Assembly: GCA_947630455.1 (NCBI GenBank)
Contig: CANRHP010000005.1
Span: 7,536 to 71,535 of the forward strand
Source: an uncultured Clostridia bacterium
Lineage (GTDB): Bacteria; Bacillota; Clostridia; Christensenellales; CAG-314
DNA length: 64,000 nucleotides
Reading direction: 5' to 3'
Part shown: positions 57,640 to 64,000 of the stretch, piece by piece
Layout: each line of letters starts with the position of its first letter
Position numbering within the stretch: position 1 is the first letter of the stretch
Position numbers and translations under genes: made by a program
The notes under the pieces: model-generated
The model's database searches: none
What the model was told of the DNA's origin: nothing
What the model saw: only the letters and a program-made list of their open reading frames with translations

Positions 57640-57668
57640 TAGTATTTGCAAAGAAGATATTTATATAC
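57640..57668 (-). promoter_or_regulatory. forespore (sigmaF/sigmaG)-type promoter candidate
   Basis: GTATA, 17 nt spacer, AATACTA on the - strand, 26 nt upstream of the ATG. Confidence 0.4.
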
Positions 57669-57796
57669 CTAAATCGCTCAAACTTGCCCTCAGTAAACCG
57701 ATAACTTTTAACAGAATTATCAGTTTGGAAAACTCTTTAATAAGCTTGGCATATATGTTTTTAACAAAAACTCGCCCCTAAAAAAGCAAGCAAAAT

Positions 57797-58072
57797 TTAG
57801 CCGTTGATACGATCTGCAAAGCTTTGCGACGGTTTGAATACAATGACCTTTTTCGCGGGTATGGTTATTTGTTTTTTCGTTTGCGGATTTGTACCCTTTC
57901 GAGCAGGGCGCTTTTTTATGCGAAAAGTACCTATTCCCGTCAGGCAAACCTCATCGCCCTTTTTCAACTGTTCCTCTATTCCTTTCCAAAAAGCCTCATA
58001 GAACTTGCCTGTTTGCTCAGCGCTTTCACCTGTTTTGTCCGTTACATATTCGATAAATTCGCTTTTTTTCAT
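57797..58072 (-). CDS. hup: DNA-binding protein HU
   Basis: 91 aa starting at MKKSEFIEYV behind GAGGAG. GIGTFRIKKRPARKGTNPQTKK.I.IPA is the typical HU arm. Confidence 0.93.
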   Translation of the reverse strand: MKKSEFIEYVTDKTGESAEQTGKFYEAFWKGIEEQLKKGDEVCLTGIGTFRIKKRPARKGTNPQTKKQITIPAKKVIVFKPSQSFADRING

Positions 58073-58448
58073 TGTAATCTCCTCATACAACAGTATTTTG
58101 TATCAAGTGTTCCCAAAGATATAATTTTACATACATTTTTATTTGATGTCGTCTATTACACAAAATGATTTATTTCGCTGTGAAAAAAGTATAAATAAAT
58201 TCCTAAATAACTTTATACAAACGATATAAATCGTTTGGGAAGTAAAATTGTCAAATATTATTTTATGTTTTCACTTTGAATCCGATAATATGGAATTTAG
58301 AATTATGAATATTACGACAAAAAGCAGCAACCGGTACAGACTGCGTTTGGACGGCAATAATTGCTGCATCAAATAAGGATAATTATATCCTGATCATTAA
58401 ACAATGTTTTTCTTATTATACAAAAACAGATTTCAAACGAAAGAGAAC

Positions 58449-58486
58449 AAAAAATAAGTGCCTCAACAGTACAATGTCGAGGCGCT
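58449..58486 (-). terminator. deoB terminator
   Basis: GCGCCTCGAC ... GTTGAGGCAC (one mismatch) followed by TTATTTTTTG on the - strand. Confidence 0.6.
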
Positions 58487-58490
58487 TGTG

Positions 58491-59639
58491 CTACCTTGTA
58501 ATTTTTTCCCAAACGGACTTGGGACCGCTGCCGATACCCAATTGCTCTTGGATCGTGTCGCAAATTACGTCGAAGCCCTTTATTGTGCCGAGGTTTGTAG
58601 GAACAATATCGCAGCCATAAATGAGCAACGGCGTGTACTCGCGCGTATGATCGGTGTGTTCTTTATGCGTAGGGTCGCATCCGTGATCTCCCGTGATATA
58701 CACAACATCATCATGATGTAAAACTTTAAGAAGCTCGCCCACTTTACTGTCAATCTCCTCCAAAGCTTCGGCATAGCCAAACACATCACGTCTGTGTCCA
58801 TATTTCATATCGGTGTCCACCAAATTTACAAAAACAAGCCCATCAAAATGCTCCTTTGCTATCTCGATAGTCCTGTTGAGTCCGTCAAGATTACTCTCCG
58901 TGTGAATACTGCGCGTGATGCCCTGTCCGTTGAAAATATATTCGATTTTTCCCACAGCAACGCTTTCCATCCGTGCATCCTTTACGAAGTCAAGAATTGT
59001 TTTGGCGGGAGGATTAAGTGAAAAATCCTTTCTTTCAGCGGTGCGCGTATAAGGATACTCACCGGTAAAAGGACGAGCGATAACTCTGCCTACCGCATAT
59101 TTACCACTGCACAACATACGGGCTTTTTCACACATTGCATAAAGCTCGTCGATTGTATATTTACTCATATGCACAGCTATTTGCAATACGCTGTCCGCTG
59201 AGGTGTATACGATCGGATATCCGGTTTTGAGATGTTCCTCTCCATAGTCCTTTATCACTTCCGTGCCGCTGTAGGGTTTGTTGCAAATAACCTTGGTTCC
59301 GAGTTCCTTTTCCAATTTGGTAATAAAGTTTTGTGGGAAACCGTTGGGAAATGTTGGCATAGGTTCATTGGTAATAACGCCTGCCATCTCCCAATGTCCG
59401 ACAGTAGTATCCTTGCCCTTGGAAAGCTCCTCAAGCCGCGCATAGGCTCCTATCGGCTGTCTGTCGTCATTATATGTGCCGTCGATATTGTAAAGGCCCA
59501 TATCTGACAAAACAGGTAAATTAAGATCGTATGCCGCACGGACATTTTTAAGCGTATTTGCACCGAAATCGTTAAATTTTTTGCAATCGGGCATAGCGCC
59601 AATGCCAAAGCCGTCGATTACTAAAATGAATGCTCTCAT
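58491..59639 (-). CDS. deoB: phosphopentomutase
   Basis: Start at MRAFILVIDGFGIG behind AAGGAGA. GHWE and GDHGCDPT motifs. Confidence 0.95.
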   Translation of the reverse strand: MRAFILVIDGFGIGAMPDCKKFNDFGANTLKNVRAAYDLNLPVLSDMGLYNIDGTYNDDRQPIGAYARLEELSKGKDTTVGHWEMAGVITNEPMPTFPNGFPQNFITKLEKELGTKVICNKPYSGTEVIKDYGEEHLKTGYPIVYTSADSVLQIAVHMSKYTIDELYAMCEKARMLCSGKYAVGRVIARPFTGEYPYTRTAERKDFSLNPPAKTILDFVKDARMESVAVGKIEYIFNGQGITRSIHTESNLDGLNRTIEIAKEHFDGLVFVNLVDTDMKYGHRRDVFGYAEALEEIDSKVGELLKVLHHDDVVYITGDHGCDPTHKEHTDHTREYTPLLIYGCDIVPTNLGTIKGFDVICDTIQEQLGIGSGPKSVWEKITR

Positions 59640-59693
59640 GATAAATTTTCTCCTTCTGTAAATTATTATAACAAAAATTTTGCTTTTAATCAA

Positions 59694-60269
59694 TCAAATA
59701 ATTGCAGTTAGTAACTGCAATATGATAAAAAAAACGATTATTTTAGCAACAAACGCAGCTATTAGAATTTTCAATGCCGGCTTTGTGTCGCAAAAAGCCT
59801 CTCTGATACTACGGCAAGCAGAAATTTCGCAACAGTTGACTAAACAAGCCAAAAAATATCCGACAACTTCCACTAAGGTTACCAGTACGGTAAAAAGCAC
59901 ACCCCACACCGACCAGCAAATAATAGCCGCCGCCGTGTTTGCCCCACAATAAAAGCAAGCGAAAAACAACACGGCGAGGGATACATATTTTAACGAAGGC
60001 ATTAGATTGCAGCATAGAAGGCCGCCGTAAAAAACTGCAGTCCAAATCAGAAAAGAAAAAAACAGTCCAAACCCGCCTTCGAATAATTTATATGCATAAT
60101 CGCATCGGTTATTGTACCACCAAGTGTATTGGAATACTTTAACAAAAATGCCACCAATAATAACACCGACTATGGCGACTAAAGCGCACACAATAGTTTT
60201 CCACTTGTTGAGACACAGTGTTTGCCACAAGTCTTCCGACCAAAATTTAATTTTACGCAATATTTTCAT
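59694..60269 (-). CDS. Cys-rich integral membrane protein of unknown function (a SpoIIM-like topology is only a guess)
   Basis: About 5 TM. The track's 5' extension to 60350 runs through the spoIVB terminator hairpin, so I chose the first ATG (60269). No SD. Confidence 0.45.
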   Translation of the reverse strand: MKILRKIKFWSEDLWQTLCLNKWKTIVCALVAIVGVIIGGIFVKVFQYTWWYNNRCDYAYKLFEGGFGLFFSFLIWTAVFYGGLLCCNLMPSLKYVSLAVLFFACFYCGANTAAAIICWSVWGVLFTVLVTLVEVVGYFLACLVNCCEISACRSIREAFCDTKPALKILIAAFVAKIIVFFIILQLLTAII

Positions 60270-60321
60270 ATCATTTGTTATGAAATATTTAAAGAAATTA
60301 TGCGTAAAAAGAGAAATAAAG

Positions 60322-60348
60322 TAAAAAATGAGACGACATGGTCGTCTC
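60322..60348 (-). terminator. spoIVB terminator
   Basis: GAGACGAC CAT GTCGTCTC followed by ATTTTTT on the - strand, 5 nt after the stop. Confidence 0.7.
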
Positions 60349-60352
60349 AAGG

Positions 60353-61450
60353 TCAGTTAGTAAGCATCCACTTGGCGTACATGCCGTAGCCGCGTGTCGG
60401 GTCGTTGACAAACACGTGAGTAACTGCACCCACAAGCTTGCCGTTTTGCACAATCGGACTGCCGCTCATACCCTGTACTATTCCGCCTGTTTTTTCCAGT
60501 AGTTTTTGATCGATTATGTGTATTACCATACCTTTGTCGTCGCGCGTAGTCTGCGGAGTGACTTTTACTATTTCAATTTCGTAACTGTTGCGAGTATTGT
60601 CATCTAGCGTGCAATAAATTTGCGCTTTGCCCGGCTTAACTTCACCGATATCTGCTACGCGTATTGTCTCGGTGCAGAATTGCGGAATTGTATTAAAACT
60701 ACCGAATGCCCCGAATTTATTGTTAGCGTACACATTTCCTATGCGTTTATCAAAGCAAAATCCCCCTTTCAACTCGCCGGCAGCACCTTTTTGCCCTTTT
60801 TCTATACCATCTATCGTGCAGTGGAACACTCCGCCGTTATTACATGATATGATCGCGCCTTTTCCGTCGCATATCGGGTGTCCCAAACTGCCGAAATTGA
60901 GATTTTTACGCACATAAGTCAAGGTGCCTATTCCGCTGGATGAATCTCGCGTCCAAAGTCCCAGTCGATACTGTCCCGCAGTCAAATCCTTTTGCGGAAC
61001 GATAATAGTTTCCTTAATTATGCCGTCTCTCAGAAATTTAACAGACATTTCTTTACCCTTAGACTGACTCGCTATTTCCGAAAGCTTTGCCGATCCGTAA
61101 ATTTTTCTACCGTCCAACTCTATAATTACGTCATTTATTTCTATACCTGCCAGTAAAGCGGGACAGCATAATTTGCCGTCCTCAGCTATAAATTCATTGA
61201 GACCAATTACAGTTACGCCGTCTCCGTCTATAGTAATACCAATCGGATAACCGCCGAGATACACTTCTTCGTCTATTTTCGATACTGTTTGACCGCCGAA
61301 AAGCTCTCCTACGCCATCCAAAAATTCGCCAACTTCATCGCCGCCAAAAGTTCCTGCCGCCGTAACACGAGTTACATTTACGGGAAAAAGTAAAACCTGC
61401 AGCAAAATTGCAAGCGAAAATAGTATCAAAAGGGATTTTTTCATATTCAC
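60353..61450 (-). CDS. spoIVB: SpoIVB signalling serine peptidase (S55)
   Basis: Signal/TM, PDZ (GIEINDVIIELDG), a peptidase domain with GTLTY...GHPI and GMSGSPIV. Confidence 0.93.
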   Translation of the reverse strand: MNMKKSLLILFSLAILLQVLLFPVNVTRVTAAGTFGGDEVGEFLDGVGELFGGQTVSKIDEEVYLGGYPIGITIDGDGVTVIGLNEFIAEDGKLCCPALLAGIEINDVIIELDGRKIYGSAKLSEIASQSKGKEMSVKFLRDGIIKETIIVPQKDLTAGQYRLGLWTRDSSSGIGTLTYVRKNLNFGSLGHPICDGKGAIISCNNGGVFHCTIDGIEKGQKGAAGELKGGFCFDKRIGNVYANNKFGAFGSFNTIPQFCTETIRVADIGEVKPGKAQIYCTLDDNTRNSYEIEIVKVTPQTTRDDKGMVIHIIDQKLLEKTGGIVQGMSGSPIVQNGKLVGAVTHVFVNDPTRGYGMYAKWMLTN

Positions 61451-61552
61451 CTCAAATCAACTAAGCGTAGTTTGTGAATTTGAAACGGTATTATACACCA
61501 TTGAGTAATATACGAATATAGAATATAATCAGCTGAAATAGACTTTTCCAAA

Positions 61553-61581
61553 TAAAAAACTCCACCAAATAAAGGGTGAAG
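61553..61581 (-). terminator. recN terminator
   Basis: CUUCACC ... GGUGGAG (one G-U pair) followed by UUUUUUAUUU on the - strand. Confidence 0.6.
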
Positions 61582-61596
61582 TTATATAACATCTTA

Positions 61597-63309
61597 TTAC
61601 TTGCGATTTGATTTGTAAGATTCCGACCAATTCAAAAGCTCTTTGGCGTTGACTATTGCATGCTCACCAACACTGCCCATAAGCCTTGATACTTCCGCGG
61701 CGCGCTGTTCGAAATCAGTTAATACATCCACAGCGGTGAAGGTTCTTCCACCTCGTTCGAACTTTCTTATATACAGATTTACATCGGCCATGGCTGCTAT
61801 TTGCGGCAAATGCGTGATTACTATGCATTGATAGCCGCTGCTTTTGTTTGCGGATACGGTAGCCAATTTGTTTGCCACCATTTGAGCCATATTTCCGGAT
61901 ATACCAGCATCAATCTCGTCAAATATCATTGTAGGTATTTTTTCGGCAAGAGCTGTTATATTCTTAACCGCAAGCATAAAACGAGACATCTCACCGCCTG
62001 AAATAACCTTTGCAAGCGGCTTAAGCGGCTCACCTACATTTGCCGACATCATAAATTCCACTTTGTCAAATCCATCTGCAGCGGGATTCTTTATGTATTG
62101 TTCCAATGAGGGACGTTCGTTGAATTGTACCTCAAATGTTGTTCCTTGCATGCCCAGATCGTTCAGTTCACACATTATATCATGCGAAAGTTTTTGCGCA
62201 GCCTCCCTGCGCAGATAAGATTTTTGTAATGCAAGCTCATACATCTCTTGCAAAACGGCATTTTTTTGAGTATTGAGTTCCTCTATTCGCTCTGTAGCAT
62301 TGATAAGATTGTCGTATTTTTGCCGAGCAGCAGTCAAAAAATTGATAACTTCCGCAACACTGTCGCCATACTTACGTTTTAACTGACGATATTTTTCCAA
62401 TCGCTCCTCGATACGATCCACCTCTGACGAACTGAATTCCGTTGAAATCAATATCTCCTGCAGTTGGGAAGCGATATCGTCCACTTCAATACGCGCCGAC
62501 GTCAACCTGTTGGACAACTCGTCTGCACAGTTTTCCAAACTGGAGATATTTCGCAGTTGATTTGCCGCCTGGGAAAGTTGTGTTATTGCACCCCTGTCAC
62601 CGCTTAAACAATCCAAAGCTTGCCCGATTGCCAGCGAAAGCTTTTCTGCGTTTACCATTCGCTTGTGTGCCGCCAAAAGCTCCTGTTCTTCCTTTTCACT
62701 TACATCGGCAGCAGAAATTTCATCTATTTGATATTTAAGAATATCAAGTAAGCGTTCACGCTCCGCTTCATCACCGCCAAAAGCTTTCAGTTCATTGTTG
62801 ATAGCGACAAGACGCGGTTTCAACTCTGACTGCATTTTGTCGGAAATATTTTTATGACTGCAAAAACTGTCCAGCACTTCCAACTGTTTTTTTTCGTTGA
62901 GCAAAGCCAAATGCTGCCCCTGCCCGAATATATCCACCAACTCTGCGCAAATCTCCTTAAGAATAGAAAGAGTTGCAGGTTTCCCTTGTATACGTATTTC
63001 ATTCTTGCCGGCAACGGACATCCTGCGATACAGCAATATTTCCGTATCACTGCCGTATCCGTATTCGTTAAGCCTGGAAAGAACAGGCGAGGCTTCTTCC
63101 GCTTCGAAAAGAGCCGTCACCTCAGCTGCATCCTCCCCATATTTAATAAGACTCTTATCGGCACGGTCTCCAAGAACAAATGCCAATGAATCTACAATTA
63201 TGGATTTGCCGCTGCCGGTCTCCCCACTAAGCACCGTCAGTCCATCACGGAATTCAATTTCCAAGTTATCAATTAGCGCAATATTGTTTATAACTAAATT
63301 TTTTAGCAT
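61597..63309 (-). CDS. recN: DNA repair protein RecN
   Basis: Start at MLKNLVINNIALID. Walker A GETGSGKS, a long coiled-coil, and the C-terminal signature SGGEMSR with FDEIDAGI. The track extension overlapping argR was trimmed. Confidence 0.95.
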   Translation of the reverse strand: MLKNLVINNIALIDNLEIEFRDGLTVLSGETGSGKSIIVDSLAFVLGDRADKSLIKYGEDAAEVTALFEAEEASPVLSRLNEYGYGSDTEILLYRRMSVAGKNEIRIQGKPATLSILKEICAELVDIFGQGQHLALLNEKKQLEVLDSFCSHKNISDKMQSELKPRLVAINNELKAFGGDEAERERLLDILKYQIDEISAADVSEKEEQELLAAHKRMVNAEKLSLAIGQALDCLSGDRGAITQLSQAANQLRNISSLENCADELSNRLTSARIEVDDIASQLQEILISTEFSSSEVDRIEERLEKYRQLKRKYGDSVAEVINFLTAARQKYDNLINATERIEELNTQKNAVLQEMYELALQKSYLRREAAQKLSHDIMCELNDLGMQGTTFEVQFNERPSLEQYIKNPAADGFDKVEFMMSANVGEPLKPLAKVISGGEMSRFMLAVKNITALAEKIPTMIFDEIDAGISGNMAQMVANKLATVSANKSSGYQCIVITHLPQIAAMADVNLYIRKFERGGRTFTAVDVLTDFEQRAAEVSRLMGSVGEHAIVNAKELLNWSESYKSNRK

Positions 63310-63325
63310 TGGTAAACATATCCCT

Positions 63326-63784
63326 TTACAAGAGTTCGTTGATTTTTTGTTGCACAAAAATAGCGTCGTGTGGAGAAGCGCAAACAATAAGGATAGTACT
63401 TTTATCGGCAAGGACGCCTAACGCTTCGTTAAGTCCCAACTGCTCAATCGCACCGGAAACAACAGAAGCGCTGTCGCCTATCGTCTTTACAACGACAAGA
63501 TTTTCCGCCACAACAACAGATATCACAGTTTCCCTTACGACATTTTTAAGCTTGCTCGACAGCTTGACATCCATTGTTTGTTTTGTAGCATACTTATACC
63601 TGTTATTAGACGTCAAGGTTTTGATCAAACCCAATTCTTTGATATCTCGTGAAATCGTAGCTTGGGTAACATCAAAACCATCTTGCCTAAGTTCTGATAC
63701 TAACTCATCCTGAGTTTCTATATCCTTCGCGGCAATGATACTCAATATGGCAGATTGTCTCGACTTACGTGATGACATACTCAC
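63326..63784 (-). CDS. argR: arginine repressor
   Basis: R.SAILSII....I.TQDELV..L...GF.VTQATISRDIKELGL.K, with the C-terminal oligomerisation domain (GTIAGDD is replaced by KTIGDSA). AGAGGTGA SD. Confidence 0.92.
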   Translation of the reverse strand: MSMSSRKSRQSAILSIIAAKDIETQDELVSELRQDGFDVTQATISRDIKELGLIKTLTSNNRYKYATKQTMDVKLSSKLKNVVRETVISVVVAENLVVVKTIGDSASVVSGAIEQLGLNEALGVLADKSTILIVCASPHDAIFVQQKINELL

Positions 63785-63827
63785 CTCTTTTCGTACTGAT
63801 TAGTTTCGTTTTCGCTATTTTTCATAA

Positions 63828-63846
63828 TACTATGTCAGAGATAGTA
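63828..63846 (-). repeat. palindromic motif copy C (- strand reads TACTAT CTCTGAC ATAGTA)
   Basis: Read directly from the sequence. The arms extend to 7 bp here (ATACTAT/ATAGTAT). Lies 44-62 nt upstream of the argR ATG. Confidence 0.7.
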
Positions 63847-63915
63847 TTTTTTCTATTAAAATTTCGATTGTTTGTTCTATTAGTGCTTGTATTATACAAT
63901 ATTTAAGAAGAATTT

Positions 63916-64000
63916 TCAACAGTTTAAAAGAATTTCCGAAATTCGGGCAGAAATTCCAGCAAAATCCATACCAAACTCGGACATTTGCTCCTCAACTGTC
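63916..64000 (-). CDS. 3' end of an unidentified gene running in from beyond the window
   Basis: Open frame ...TVEEQMSEFGMDFAGISARISEILLNC* on the - strand. Too short to identify. Confidence 0.3.
   Translation of the reverse strand, partial: TVEEQMSEFGMDFAGISARISEILLNC

Noticed and set aside
1-64000. Scan for CRISPR arrays, IS elements/transposases, rRNA, restriction-modification or known defence genes, toxin-antitoxin pairs, and group II introns/retrons.
   Set aside because: I saw no regularly spaced repeats, no transposase/RT/nuclease-helicase-like ORFs, and no rRNA-like sequence. The only mobile-element signature is the tRNA-Trp direct repeat reported above.

Overview
All calls below were made by eye from the sequence and ORF track; no database search or computation was run. 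This looks like a chromosomal core region of an endospore-forming Firmicute with Clostridia-like gene order. The evidence is the IspH-S1 fusion, the tricistronic spoVAC-D-E, spoIVB and yunB. About 50 protein genes are recognisable. On the + strand from 1 to 15.8 kb: ispH/S1, rpsO, pnp, a deacetylase, an M16 peptidase, ftsK, rimO, pgsA, cinA, recA and rny. After that the genes are almost all on the - strand: rnhA, lexA, hflX, a xer-like recombinase, a ynbB-like gene, miaA, mutL, mutS, miaB, thiI, a cysteine desulfurase, mutS2, a U32 peptidase, pheST with a T-box leader, yunB, spoVAE/D/C, glgA/D/C, scpB/A, an M50 protease, a D-Ala-D-Ala carboxypeptidase, hup, deoB, spoIVB, recN and argR. There is one tRNA (Trp). 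I saw no rRNA, CRISPR array, transposase or obvious defence genes. The only clearly accessory stretch is about 16.5-25.7 kb. (1) A 58-bp direct repeat of the tRNA-Trp 3' end brackets a 2.2-kb AT-rich islet with two orphan membrane proteins. (2) A membrane-tethered PadR-like regulator sits divergent from a YgjP/DUF45-like protein that lacks the catalytic Glu. (3) A xer-like recombinase has paired 30-bp inverted-repeat operators and direct repeats around its promoter. (4) A membrane-anchored XRE regulator is paired with a 73-aa membrane protein. A 19-bp palindrome (TACTAT-N7-ATAGTA) recurs in three unrelated intergenic regions. I did not find a convincing complete novel multi-gene system. The tRNA-Trp islet and the regulator/recombinase cluster are the best leads.
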